Shown piece by piece: positions 1-13,284 of a stretch of DNA of 64,000 bases. The position numbers and the translations under genes were made by a program. This stretch comes from Octopus vulgaris (lineage: Eukaryota): contig OX597815.1 in NCBI GenBank assembly GCA_951406725.2, forward strand, positions 51,956,001-52,020,000, given 5' to 3'. Positions within the stretch are counted from its first letter, which is position 1. Every line of letters starts with the position of its first letter. The notes under the pieces are model-generated. The model was not told the origin of the DNA. It saw nothing but the letters and a program-made list of their open reading frames with translations, and ran no database searches.

Positions 1-31
<31 letters not shown>

Positions 32-432
32 TGTGTCTGTGTGTGTGTAGTTTATTTAAACCTTTATCAATTAAACCGACCATATTCAGTCCAAATATTC
101 TACCTGTTTTAAGTTCAAAGTGGCCTGAGATCCAGCCTCTCACACCTACCTTGCAATGCCATATAAAAATGAGCAATCACATCACTGATATCTTGAAGCT
201 ACAAGATAATGCATGGTCAATTCAAAAAGTGTGAATAAATAAGCATTACATTTGACAAAGTAATCTGAATGCTAAAGGGTTAAGCCAGTCTGAAATTAAC
301 AAAATCAGCCTTGTCTTCCATCAACATTTCCATGTAGTCAATGCCATTGAGTCCTCTAAACAAGATTTAGTCTACATAGTCATCAATGTTATCATCATAA
401 CATAAGTGTTCAGTAAAGAAGAAACTGAATTC

Positions 433-780
433 TCAGATGGCCAGTGCTGCCTGACTGGCACCCTTGCTGATGGCACTTAATAAGTTCCATTCAAGCATGG
501 GTTGATGCCAGTGCTGTCTGGTTGGCTCCCTGTGCCAGTGGCATGTAAAAATCACCATGTGAACGTGGTCAATGCCAGTGGCCTCTGACTGGCTCCTATT
601 CCGGGGGCACATAGAAAGCACTCACTACATTCTTGGAGTGGTTGGCATTAGGAATGGCATCCAGCTGTAGAAACCTTGCCAGATCAGATTGGAGCCTGGT
701 GCAGCCTACTGATTTGCCAGTCCTCAATCAAACCATCCAACCCATACTAGCATGGAAAGCGGATGTTAAATGATGATGAT
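433..780 (+). mobile_element. RTE LINE 3' UTR/tail fragment ending in (GAT)n
   Basis: Matches the 3' UTR following the RTE ORF at 26460-26750 (GGAGTGGTTGGCATTAGGAA.GG.ATCCAGCTGTAGAAAC...CCATCCAACCC.T..CAGCATG); ends TAAATGATGATGAT. Confidence 0.85.
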
Positions 781-791
781 TATATATATTT

Positions 792-837
<46 letters not shown>

Positions 838-853
838 CATGTATGTATATATG

Positions 854-898
<45 letters not shown>

Positions 899-932
899 TT
901 ATATATATACATATATATATATGTATATATGC

Positions 933-982
<50 letters not shown>

Positions 983-1150
983 TTTATATGCATATATATA
1001 TATATATATATTCATACATACATACATATGTATATATATATATGTATATATATAAATACATATATATATTTATATATATATATATATATATTTATATGTA
1101 TATACATACATTCATAAACACACACATATATGTGTGTGTGTGTGTGTGTA
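781..1150. repeat. (TA)n/(TG)n compound microsatellite
   Basis: Seen directly. Confidence 0.97.
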
Positions 1151-1799
1151 TAGTGCTACTTTATCTTGGCATAATTATCCAATGTATGTGAAATAGTTAT
1201 TTTGTTGACATGCTTTTCCCAAACCCATCAGTAATGAAAGCACAGTGAAAAAGTTTGAATGAAGAACCAAATTACAGATTTGCCACACCAAGAACTAACT
1301 GTCAGTCTGGAGGACTCCCTGATGTTTTCTTCATTATTGGAATGTTAGTAATCCCTATTTCAATTGAATACAAGTTTGAGATTTAATAAATTCCCTGAAA
1401 CCAAATGCATGTTATATACTCAGTCTTAGATTGCTGAGACAAAATTAATTAGATATGTCAGTAAGTATTTTTTTTTATTGTAAACTCTTTGGAATGTCAT
1501 GCAAATAGTTGAAAACTTAAAATTTTTTTAATTATTTGTGTTTTTATCATACTTTTTTGAAATTTGGTTTCTGTTTTCATTAGGGATTTTTATCTGGATT
1601 ATTTTTTAAAAATTTTTCAAAAGAAATATTGTGGTATTGAGGAAAAAAAAAAAAAAAGTAAAAATATACCTTATTTGTTTTGCAATAATTCACTGAAAAT
1701 TTCTATGTATTAACGTTAATAGATAGCCTCAAATAAGTTTCAATCAGTGGCCACTTGCACCAAATATTTTTATTATACTGTTGATACATATATATTTTT

Positions 1800-2170
1800 T
1801 TTTACTTGTTTCAGCCGTTAGACTGTGGCCATGCTGGGGTACCACCCTGGAGAATTTATCAATTGAATGAATTGACCCCAGTACTTACTTTTTAAAAAAA
1901 GTTCTGGTACTTATTCTATTGGTCTCTTTTGCTGAACCACTTAGTTAAGGGGATGTAAACACACCAACACTGTTTGTCAAGCAGTGGTGGGGGGACAAAC
2001 ACACACACACACATATATATGATGGGCTTCTTTCAGTTTCTATTTTCTAAATCCACTCACAAGGCTTTGGTCAGCCCATGGCTATAGTAGAAGACACCAT
2101 GCAATGGAACTGAACTTTGAACAATGTGGCTGGGAAGCAAGTTTCTTGTCATACAGCCACACCTGTGCCT
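1800..2170 (-). mobile_element. tRNA-derived SINE, family A (two arms around an internal microsatellite)
   Basis: Reverse complement of the 4125-4595 element. Confidence 0.85.
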
Positions 2171-2190
2171 ACACAAACACACACACACAC

Positions 2191-3476
2191 AGAGGATTAA
2201 AGATTCCCCCGACCCACTTCTGGTTAGTGCAGGAAATGGAACTTGTACAGGTATAATGATACATGTCTGTACATGTCACATTGTAAATTGCGGCTTCCAC
2301 TAGTATTCGTTTATCTTTTACAGCTGCTGAAGTGTACTAAGGTGTTATAATGGAAGCAGTTGAATGCAGATCAATGATCACGTTCTTATACTTGAAAGGT
2401 TGTACACCAAAATAAACTTCCCATGAGATAAAAGAAGTTTATGCTGACGATGCACCGTCATACGACATAGTCAAGCACTGGCATTACCAGTTCAAATGTA
2501 GTCAGACATCAGTGGAAACTGCTCCTGTTCCTGGATGACCACATTCCACCATTGATGATGGCACCATCCATATGATGTGAGGCTGCCATTTTAGAGGATC
2601 GCTGTATAACTATTAGGTAACTAGCCCAAGAAGTGAAGATAAGTGTAGGGTCCATGGAAAAAATCATTCATGACTATTTGCATATGTGGAAGTTGTCTGC
2701 ATGATGGATTCCCTGGATGCTCACATCTTTTCAGAAGCAGGAATGAGTTAATTGCTCTCAGGCTCTTTTGGCAATGTGCCAAGAAAACAAGAACTTTTTT
2801 GGTAAGCTTATCACACAGGATGAAATATGAGTCCATCACGATGATCCTGAAATTAAAGTCCAGACAAAGCAATAGAAGCATGATAACTCACCACCTTTAA
2901 AGAAAGCTCATCTCCAACCCTCAGCAGGTAAGGTGATGCTCACAGACTTTTGGGACCAGCATGGAGTAGTGATGATGGATTTTTCTGGAAAAGGGCACCA
3001 CAATTAATGGGGAATATTATGCTTCTCTGCTGCAGAAATTGCAGGATGCTATCAAAGCAAAGAGACATGGTATGCTAACCAAAGGAGTCCACCTCCTCCA
3101 AGACAATACCCCAGTTCACAATGCACATGTTGCTTAGACGAAAGCACACTCCTGTGGTTATGAAATCCTTCCTTGTTCTCCTTACTCTCCTGCCCTTGCA
3201 TCATCTGCCTTCCACCTTTTTCCAACCACGAAGTCTTTTTTGAAGGGGAAGCACTTTTCAGATGGTGATGAACTTATTTCCGAGGTAAAGTCTTGGCTTC
3301 AGACACGACTTGCCAACTCCTATAGAAGAGGTTTTCACAGCTGCATAATGTAATGGGAGAAGTGTGTCACCATTGGTGGTGGCTATGTTGACAAGGACCA
3401 ATAATTATGCCAAGTTTTGTTTATCCCAGTCCTTGGGAAGTGAGTCAGGAGAAATCGTTAATGAACACCCCTTGTA
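2191..3476 (+). mobile_element. Mariner (DD34D-type) transposon, decayed; transposase pseudogene about 2350-3404
   Basis: Manual translation: MEAVECRSMITFLYLKG..EIKEVYADDAPSYDIVKHW, TQDE..VHHDDPE, LLQDNTPVH, PYSPALASSAFHLF, GGYVDKDQ*. Left ATTAAAGATTCCCCCGACCCACTTC matches the reverse complement of right GAAGTGAGTCAGGAGAAATCGTTAAT; right end CCCCTTG+TA. Confidence 0.92.
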
Positions 3477-4124
3477 TGTATACAACTGAAACCTTGTCTT
3501 TCGTCACCCTCTCAAAGTAAGTCAAACTTTAGAAATTTCAATTAGCAATAATTTGAAGTTTAAAAAATAGAACATCATCACCATGCTGAAATCCAGGATT
3601 GTTCCAAAATTATTCCAAAATTGTTCCAGGGACCTTTAGCTCTTACATCTAACATTCTCTCAATTGAGTTATTTCAACTTTTTTGCCGATGATCTCATAA
3701 TTTGTAAATTTGATCTCATATTTCATATGTATTTACTCTTGCTAAAAAGAGAATATTTTGTTGATATATGAAATATATTAAATGAAATGCATTAAATAAT
3801 TGGAAGAGTAAAAACTCATTCTAAATTTTAAAATAATTCCAATTTAATGGGTTTGTTGTGCTTTCATAGTTTTACATCTTTCTTTTACATGTTTAGATGT
3901 GTTCAAAATCTGTATATTTAGGCGAATGATACAATACCTTTGAATACATTAGCTTATTGCTTATAACTGCTCTTGGATAAGACATCAGTTTATTTCAAGA
4001 GAAGGGCATAATTGACTATTTTATTGGCCCTTAGGAAATAAGCAAAATCAAACAGTGATGAGATTTGAACTCAGAATACAAATGGATGTAGCTAAATATG
4101 GAGCATTATCACTGTGATTTTTTT

Positions 4125-4308
4125 AGGAGTGGCTATGTGGTAAGTTACTTGCTTACCAACCACATGGTTCCAGGTTCAGTCCCACTGTGTGGCACCTTGG
4201 GCAAATGTCTTCAACTATAGCCTCAGGCTGACCAAAGCCTTGTGAGTGGATTTGGTAGATGGAAGCTGAAAGAAGCCCGTCATATATATATAAATATATA
4301 TATGTATA

Positions 4309-4385
<77 letters not shown>

Positions 4386-4595
4386 TTGTGTGTATGTGTT
4401 TGTCTCCCCACCATCACTTGACAACCATTGTTGGTGTGTTCACGTCCCTGTAACTTAGCAGTTTGGCAAAAGAGACCGATAGAATAAGTACTAGGCTTAC
4501 AAAGAATAAGTCCTGGAGTCAATTTGTTTGACTAAAGGTGGTGCTCCAGCATGGCCACAGTCAAATGACTGAAACAATTAAAAGAATAAAAGAAT
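4125..4595 (+). mobile_element. tRNA-derived SINE, family A, full length
   Basis: A-box-like TGGCTATGTGG, B-box-like GGTTCAGTCCC, internal (TA)n(TG)n, A-rich tail; many copies in the window. Confidence 0.9.
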
Positions 4596-5129
4596 CTAAA
4601 GTAGCATCAGTTGAATTATCATGTTATTGCATTTTGTAAAAAAAGAAATCACCATGACCTCTCAGAGGGCACCAGATCTGGTTTGACTGAATAGATTTAT
4701 TATTGTCTTGCTTTTTGTAAGATAGTAAGATTTAGTTCAGCTTTGGCTAATATTTTTCACTGGTTGACTGACTTTACAAAAACTTCCTTGTTGACTTTTG
4801 TTGGGAATGTTTGTTGCCGTATGCAGTTAAATCATGTTTAAAATATTGTTCCTTCTAAATCAATGTCTAAAAAAAATGTTAAAAAGAAACTGAAAAATTA
4901 AGTTAAATACTAAAAGAGAAATGCTTGTGTATTGTCTTCTGTTGTTTTATAATTTTGTTGTTTCACTTTAGTACCAGTGTACTCTGATTTTGCAAAGGGA
5001 CAGTATAGATGTAGTTAGTTGAATACTTGGGAATGATCAACAATTTTAGAAAACTGGATGTGACATGCTTCAGTCTGCTCTGGTATTATATTTCTAAGAT
5101 TCTGTTATGAAGTTTTTTTGATAGTGTTT

Positions 5130-5660
5130 AGACTCAGGTCAGTCTTGATCAAACAAACATTTTCTGACCACCATGATCACCTCATCCTTTATTCTTACAA
5201 TGTATTTCAGATTACATAGTCAAATATGCCCCTTTTTAAGGCAGTAGAATGTGATTTGAAGGAGATTTGGTTGTCTTCTCTAGCAAGTTGAGAGACTGTG
5301 TAAGACTTGTTCTTTGCCTTGTGTGAAGTGCAATATAACAATCAAGTCTGTTTTGCTGTGCAGCTTGTTTCAGCGCAGTCAAGGTTTTAGGTGGTAATTA
5401 TTACGTAGTCAAGAAAAGTAGATTCTTTTGCTACCCCTAAGTTTTTAGAGCAACCCAGCACCTAGTTGTAATTTAGTCCTAAATCAGCCCTGGTTAAGCC
5501 AAACTACGACAAGACATTCCACACAGGACCATACTTTCTTTATGCATAGTGTATTTGGGACCATTATAAAATGCCATTTTTTTGTAGATGGTAGAGTGTA
5601 GTTTGAGGGAGATTTAGCCATTATTTCTAGTAGTTTCAGCAGCTGTGTAGAGGCTCTTAC
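5130..5660 (+). repeat. Two copies (about 5130-5310 and 5480-5660) of an old ~200-bp dispersed repeat
   Basis: Shared motif string GGTCAG.C.TGAT..A.CA.AC..GATTACAT..GTG..GATTTGAGGGAGATTTGGCTG.TATTTCTAG; also near 9170-9365, 16600-16750, 47960-48110, 59690-59870. Confidence 0.6.
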
Positions 5661-5698
5661 ATTGTCTATCCAGGTCAAAGTTTTTTTAGTTATCCTTT

Positions 5699-6565
5699 TA
5701 TGAGTAGGTATCAAAAAGTTCCCTGGCAAGTTCTGTAGCATGCCAACAGATGGCAGCACATGGTCGTGTGTGCAGTTAGAGCTAGCAGGGATCTTCATGA
5801 TGTCTGTGTGGTGAGTGTCATCACTGTGTTTACTTCACAAGTTATGAAATTTGTGTCTTTGTGATCAATTTTGTCATGGACAGGAACAAAATATCAACAT
5901 AATGTTTTGTGTTAAACTTGGGAAATCTGCTAGAGAGACATTGAGCATACTTTGCCAAGCTTATAGCAACAAGGCAAAGAGTTTTACATAATGTTTTGAG
6001 TGGCATGGGCGTTTCAAAAGTGGAAGAATGTCCCTGAAAGAGGATGAGTGATCTGGAAGGCCTGCCACAAATGTCACTCCTGGAAATGTGGTATTGTGCA
6101 TCATGAATTTGTCCTCCAGGGCCAGACTGTCATTTGAGAGTTCTACTGCAATGTTTTGAAGTATGCGAGGGAGGACATTTGGCAAAAGCAATCAGATCTG
6201 TGGAGTGTAAAGAATTGGATTCATCATGATCACAATGCTGCCTGTCACCAAGCTCTCCTCCCTTGTATTTCACCAAAAACAACATGGTATTGCTTCCACC
6301 CTATTTGCCAGAGTTAGCACCTGCAGACTTTCATCTCTTCCCAAAGATGAAAATGTAGCTCAAAGTTCATTGTTTTAACACTTGTTGAAATTCAGAGTGA
6401 ATCACAGTAGGTCCTTGACTCACTTTCGGAAAATGACTTTCAGGCCAGATTCCAAAAGTGACAGGAATGCTGGGATAGGTGTATTGCTGCTATTTTGAAG
6501 GAGATGATGTTAAAATTTAGTTAAAATAAGTTATATTTTATTACACTTTTTGATACTACCTTGTA
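5699..6565 (+). mobile_element. Internally deleted mariner transposon
   Basis: TIR-like ends TATGAGTAGGTATCAAAAAG / CTTTTTGATACTACCTTGTA; FCVKLGKSARET..CFEWHGRFKSGR..SGRP joined directly to GIVHHEFV..., then PYLPELAPADFHLFPKMK. Confidence 0.9.
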
Positions 6566-6775
6566 TTTTACTGATTTCAGTCTTTTGTAGATATGCTGGG
6601 CTACTGCCTTCAAGTGTTTTAATCAATTATATCAACCCCACTACTTTGGCACTTATTTTACTGGCCTTGGAAGGAGAAAAAGAAAAGTTAACGCAGGTAG
6701 GATTTCAACTCTGAATATGAAGCAACCAAACCAAATACAAAATATTTTGTCAGATGTTTTACATATATGTACATA

Positions 6776-8079
6776 CAGGGTGGGTCAGAGAAAACGGACA
6801 TTTTTGAAAAATTCACAAAATCATTAATTTTAGCTGTATACAAATTTTATTGATATCAATGTGTTCATATTGAATTAGCATTTGTCAAAATCAAGTATGA
6901 AAAACAACATTCATTATGTGGTGTCCGTTTTCATTGATGAATTTCTGAAGGCGTTCTTGGGAGTTGGCTTCCACTCTCTCCAGCAATGCTCTGTCGATTT
7001 GGGCGACTTCCATGCGAATAGCTTCCTTCAAATCATCCAATGTATGGGGCATATGTGCATACACATGTGCCTTGAGGTTTCTCCACAAGAAATAAATTAG
7101 GGGACCAACGTGGTCAAGGACAAATTAGGGGACGGAGGGGGCCAAGGAATGTCAGCAAACCTGGAAATGAGGCAGTCACTGAAGAGAGGGCAAAGAAAGT
7201 TCATTGATGCTCTGGCTGTGTGGGCTGTCACCACATTCTGCTGAAACCACACAAGTCAAATAGGCATACATTTTCATTGTAATTCAGACAAATAAAAGAG
7301 AGTCCACAGTAACAGCATTTCCATTATTATTGTAAAAAATGTAAGGACCAATGATGGTAACTTTTCCACCAGACCACCACTTTTAGGCTGTACAGTAGTT
7401 TTTTGTGTAGTTCTCTTGAATTTTCAAGATCCCAATAACGACAGTTCTGTTGATTCACTATGCCATTGAGATGAAAATGAGCTTCAACACTCCTTAACAA
7501 AATGAGGTTGTCAATTGCCTCGAAAATTGCTTCCATCTGACATGCGAAATTAAGCTGCTGTGCATGGTCCCATGGTTTCAACTGTTGCCCAATGACCAAT
7601 TTGTACAGATGGAAATGCAGGGCTTCATACAAAATATGCCTTACCGATGCCAAATTCAGTGGAATGCCTCTAAGCAGAGTGATTCGGATTCCATATCAAA
7701 GCTTGTCTGATGCGTTTCACATTTTCTGGGGTCCGTAGCATTCATGACACCCCCACCAGTTTCCTATTCATTAGTGTACCTCGTGTACAAAGTCCATTCA
7801 CCCAACGTAAGATTGTGTTAGAGTGAAAACAGTCTTATTTCAGTGAATGTTGCAGTGGCACCGAAACTCATGCTGAACTGCTGTGATAGATTTGTTATTC
7901 TTCATGTAATTGTCATAGGCAAAAACATGATGCTCTATTATGAACAGGGCCATGGATTCACCTGAAAAGTAAAAAATGTTCAGATACCACTGACCGAATG
8001 GTACTTGTCAGACATATGTGTCTCCCACTGGAGCTAAATAATAGCCATTTCAAAAACATGTCTTCTCTGCCCCACCCTG
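6776..8079 (-). mobile_element. Full-length Tc1/mariner DD41D (rosa/Visitor-type) transposon, decayed
   Basis: TIRs CAGGGTGGGTCAGAGAA / TTCTCTGCCCCACCCTG flanked by TA on both sides; motifs SVEAHFHLNGIVNQQNCRYW, WFQQN..TAHTA, WPPPSPNLS, WRNLK..VY; spacing from QQ(D) to the third acidic position counts about 41. Confidence 0.9.
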
Positions 8080-8239
8080 TATATCCTTCAGACAGGCTTC
8101 CATACATTTGTCCTCAAAATTTTACATACAAGGCTTTGAGGTATAGGTTTAATCTGATGCTATACTTACCAAAGGTGCCACAGTGAGAGTTCAAACCTGG
8201 CATCAAGGATCTGAGAGCAAACTCCCTAATCATGTGGCT

Positions 8240-8460
8240 ATTTCCATATTTCTGCAAGCTGAATGGCAAACTTAGTAGTGCTGGAGGCTTGAAAAAATGC
8301 ACCTAGTTCACATTGTAAAGTGGTTGACATGAAGAAAGGCTGCAAAATTATTCCCAAAGCAGACATTGGAGCATGATGCAGTTCCTGGACCCATCAGAAC
8401 CTATCAAACTGTCCAACCCATGCCAGCATAGAACATGGACATTAAATGATGATGATGATT
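8240..8460 (+). mobile_element. RTE 3' tail fragment
   Basis: TGTCCAACCCATGCCAGCAT...TAAATGATGATGATGAT. Confidence 0.75.
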
Positions 8461-9652
8461 CATTTTTTGTGGTAACTGATTTTTAAGAATTTAAAACATA
8501 GAATGTTAACACCAGCTGATATGGTAATTTTATATTATTTTATATCATTACAATAGAAATGGTGCTATTTGGTATGTGGAAGTGAATAGATAATAATATT
8601 TTTAAAGCAGACTGTTTGCCTTTACTTCTTCTTTTGAAATTTGACAATGATGGTAGAAATCACATGGTAGATACTAGAGCTTAATTAGTTTAGTCTAAAT
8701 TAATTGCATGGTATTTGGAGTATTCTATCAAATTTCATTTTCTTAATCAACAATGTTGTTATTGAATAGCCAGCCCTGTATCATGTCATGTCAGTAGTAT
8801 TGTTAAAATGAGCTAAAATAATGTGTTTGTGTGTGTGTGTTTATGTGTGTGTGTGTGTAATATACATTTATATATATTTATATATGTATATATACATACA
8901 TATATATATAATATATATACACATGTATACACACACACACACATGCATATATATATATTTATATAATTATAAAGATCTAATTTTGGTGAAAGATAATGTG
9001 ATTGCTATAACTTATTCAAAAGCTTCATTGTTTGTTTTTAGACACTAAACTACAGATGTTCAAACTGAAAATTAACCACATCAGTTTCTCTAGCCTGGGT
9101 GGACCTGGGTGGGGTCATGAACACAACCTCTCTGCTTCTGACTATTTTATTACAACTAAAGAAATCTCCTTGTCAAACCTGATTGAACAAACTGATAATC
9201 AGACATTCCAGTCATGACCACCTCCATTTCACTTTAGGCATACTGTATTTAGGATTACATTATCTAATCTGTCCTTTCTTCTTTAATATGATAAGGTGTG
9301 ATTTTAGAGGAATTTGGCTGCTATTTCTAACTGATAGTAAATCTGCACTGAATTTCCTTTGTTGACCAGTTCAAGCTTAGTTGAGTAGGACTTGGTCAGA
9401 CGGCAAGTCAATGAAGGATTCTTTAATCATACCTTGTTTACAACCAAGAAGCTCAAGGTACCTTTGTTAACTATGTATAAGTCAATGAGAGAGAAGTGAT
9501 TTGAACAAGGACTGAACACAGTGTTAATGATATGACTTTCAACCAGTTGTTATCTACTCATTTGACTCAGATAAGTTGCAAATATGAATACATCTTTTAA
9601 TCCTCCTCCTCTATCATTCTCATTACTACTGCCTCTACCACTGCCACCACTG

Positions 9653-9654
<2 letters not shown>

Positions 9655-9684
<30 letters not shown>

Positions 9685-10005
9685 TTTAATATCCATTTTA
9701 CTATGCTGGCATGGGTTTGATAGGTCATCATGATCTGCATTATCTTGTACATACAGCAACAGAGAACACTAACCAACAGTGTGAATTGGGAATCTTATTG
9801 TGCCACTGGCACTGACACTTGGAAAGTTGTCCAATATGGGAAAATCAAAGAGAGTAACCTGTAATGTGTTATGTGATGTGTCATACACAATCCACTCTTT
9901 ACCCATACTTTCTGTTCTGCCATATTTCCTACAGATAGGTGTCCTTCCCATTACCATCCACTTTACAGAGTGCTCTGGATGCATTCCGTTCTGCTGCCAG
10001 CACTA
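9655..10005 (-). mobile_element. RTE-type 3' tail fragment
   Basis: (CAT)n, then ATGCTGGCATGGGTT and CCTTCCCATTACCATCCACTTTACAGAGTG. Confidence 0.7.
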
Positions 10006-10367
10006 GAGCAGTTGTTCTATATGAGCGAAACTAAAGATTATCTGCTATCCTTATCTAATTTCTTATTCTGATTTACTGCTCTTCTAGAAGGGTAGCTTGC
10101 AATGCAGCTTGTGGAAGTTGCATCTCACTTGTACATAATGAGAATAAATATATTTGCTATCCCCACTGCAGCCATTGATATTCTTCCATCTAATTTCTAA
10201 CATTAAATAGCAATATTAAATAACAGCTCTGATTCTAGCCTTTTACCTAGCTTACTAAATACTAAATGGGTTAATTTGATTTCCAGATGGATATGATGTG
10301 TGTGTATATGTGTGTGTTTTTTTATCTATCTTGCATGTTTCTCAGCTGATGTCTTTTAAATAATATT

Positions 10368-10434
<67 letters not shown>

Positions 10435-10539
10435 CATATACATCTATATATATATACATGTATGTATATCTATCTATCTATCTATCTATCTATTTATCAT
10501 ATATATATATATATTGTGTTCTCAGCATAGCTACTAAGT

Positions 10540-10760
10540 GTAATTGTCTGAGTAACTGATGGTATATCTGAAAGAGACAAGAGACATCATAAACAGCAGC
10601 AGCTCCAGGACAGTTCCCTGAGGCACTTGCTATCACTGTCTTCTTGGAGAGGGCTCAACTGGCTGCCACAGCCTGGCTTCTGTCTTTTAAGAAGTCATGT
10701 AACCATTCTCCAAGTTTTCTGACTATGAAGTGGTCTTGAGTTTTGGTACATGTTTCACAA
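10540..10760 (-). mobile_element. CR1/L2-like LINE reverse transcriptase fragment
   Basis: Minus-strand WLHDFLKDRSQAV...VPQGTVLELLLFM, cf. W..FL..R.Q.V...GVPQGSVLGPLLF. Confidence 0.75.
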
Positions 10761-12122
10761 ACTCAATGTCTGATGGAGCCAGGTCAGCTGCCTCATAATC
10801 CTCCGTGCCATATCCCCACAAAATTAATGTTCAACAGTTGCTGTTTGCACTGCATCTACATATTTTTTCCTCTTAGAAACAGTGTGTGCACCATCCACAT
10901 ATTTCCAAGGTGGAGGCATTATGTTTTGTGAACTGGGCTTGTGTCCTTGTTGATCCTTGTGGAGTTGTTTTCTGAGATTTTACAAAAACAACAAAATTTT
11001 TTTATTTCTCTCTGGCCTTAGGGTGAGCAAAATGAGTACCACTCACATGGGTCATGGGCTTTTTTTCTTTATTTATTCCAGAGCCATTGTCTTTGTAGGT
11101 TCTACTTCTTTCTGTTTTTGCACTTGACCTATGATCATCCTCAACTTGCTTGCTTGTTTGTGCCTTCATCTTCATCTTTGGCTTCTGTTTTTCTTGGTGG
11201 ACCTTTGCTTTGCTGCTGTTGTTCTCTGTGGGCTCACAATTGTTCAGGGTGTTGATGTCTGTTTTGTTGTGTTCCTCTCTCACAGCATCACCCTGACCCT
11301 TCCCAGATTCCGTTGAACCACTGGTTTCTTTTTCAGCTTCTGTTTTTGCCTCTCTTTGAAAATGTTATGTAGTAGATCTATGTGAGGTTTACTCAGGACA
11401 TATGAATGAATGAATTCATTCCTTTTCCTTCCAGTTTGAGCCATAGTTTAGTGAAAACCAAAACTCTTGAGGGTCTCTTCAATCAGAGTGGTTTTTAGTG
11501 ATTTCCTGCAATCAGAGTGGTTTTTATTTCTTCAAACTAAGGGTTTCTGTGTATTTTAAAGTATATACTGTCTTTGGTGTAGTAGCTTTGTTGAGGTCCA
11601 TGCTACTGAGATAAGGAGAAAGGGAGAGCAAGAAGATGTAGGAATAGATATGCAGAGAGGGAAAGATAGATAGATAGAGAGAGAGAGAGGGTATGTAAAA
11701 GTAATCAATGAGAGGAGAGACAGAGAAATGTAAATGGAGATAAAACCGAGAGAGAAAAATGAGGATAAGAGAGAGGAATGTGTATGTAATTAAGAAAGGC
11801 AGAGAAAAATGAGAGAAAGAGAGAGGAAAAGCTGAGCAAAAAAGGGAGACAGTAAGAGTGAGGGGGTAAGCAGAGAGAGAAGGAGACAGAAAATCAGAGA
11901 GAGAAGGTGAGGGGAAAGAGCAAGCAGAGAGAAAGGATGAGGGGAAACAGAAAATATATAAATGAAGAGGTGCAAAAAGAAGAGGATAAGATAAGGAGAT
12001 AAAGAGTGAGATGGGTAGTGAGGTAGAGCAATATAATGTAGAGATAAAGACACACTTGGAGACAGCAGCAAAGCTCAATCCCAACATACAATATGTGATA
12101 GTAAAATAAAATTGAAATTATT

Positions 12123-12707
12123 GGCAGGAAAAAAGAGAATAATAATAAAAAACTTTTGTTTCTCTTATTTTTGATTGGTCAGATTAAAACAAAATAAAAT
12201 GAAATTTGTCACTCTTGAAAGTATTACTTACCTAGCTTTTTTTTCCTACACATTTTTTTTTACACCCGTTGCGCTATTTCTTTTTTGATTTCATTTCTGG
12301 GTAATATTGTAAACATTAACCTTTTTCTTTTTTTTTTTCTTCGAGGAATGAATTACAGTGACCTAATATGCCACAATCTGCAATCTGGGATTAATATATC
12401 TAGTGATTTTTAAGGTGTATGTAAAAGATGGTTAATGTTTACAATTTTACCAGGAAACGAAATAAAAAAAAATAGTGCAATGGGTGTAAAAAAATGTGTA
12501 AGAAACGAATATGAAGACAAAAATGTGCAGATGACTTTGGAAAATTCACAAGATTCGAGTTTTTTCCTCATAGCTTTTATGAAAATGGGTTAAAAAGCTA
12601 GATAAGTAATACTTTCAAGAGTGACAAATTTTATTTTATTTTGTTTTAATCTGACCAATTAATAGTAAGAGAAACAAAAGTTTATTATTATTCTCTTTTT
12701 GCCTGCC
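12123..12707. repeat. Fold-back (long inverted repeat) element, MITE-like
   Basis: Left arm 12123-12325 is the reverse complement of right arm 12425-12707, which carries an extra ~90 bp at about 12505-12592. Confidence 0.88.
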
Positions 12708-13041
12708 TTCTTTCCTTCTCCTTTTCCTTTCCTCCCAACGCTTTCGTAAGAACAAGGTCTGATAGACGCACAATGTAATATCATGACTTTGATGCAAGTC
12801 TGAGAAAGCGCCTCTTCAATGCCCATAACCACATGTATTATGTAATTTTTCATTTAGAATTTTTGTGTAAACTGGTTTTGCAAATGGAGACGGTACAGAA
12901 ACATGTGTAACTTATAATTAAAGATGTCTTAAAGAATTTTCTTTGTCTTCTTTTTTTCCATTGTATATATAAAATACAAAATGGGACAAGAATGCAAAAC
13001 AATATATATATATATATATATTTGTACATATTATATTACAG

Positions 13042-13080
<39 letters not shown>

Positions 13081-13248
13081 AGATAAGAAAATGGAGAAAT
13101 ACATCTAAATCAAATATCAATTACCAGATAATACTCAATCACATACTTTATTAAACCACCACATAAGAGACTGTTGGGTACTTCACTAGCAGTATATTGG
13201 ATATATGTTATCCCATGGAGGGTTGCATTTACAACCCCTATCTCAATT

Positions 13249-13271
<23 letters not shown>

Positions 13272-13284
<13 letters not shown>

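Noticed and set aside
770-1191. IY-repeat ORFs, and similar HT/CV/MYVC ORFs throughout
   Set aside because: Translations of microsatellites
4125-4200. tRNA genes at SINE heads
   Set aside because: Only A/B-box-like motifs and no cloverleaf; part of the SINEs
11524-12091. Hydrophobic 187-aa ORF resembling a membrane protein (also 21751-22128)
   Set aside because: Purine/pyrimidine-skewed low-complexity DNA
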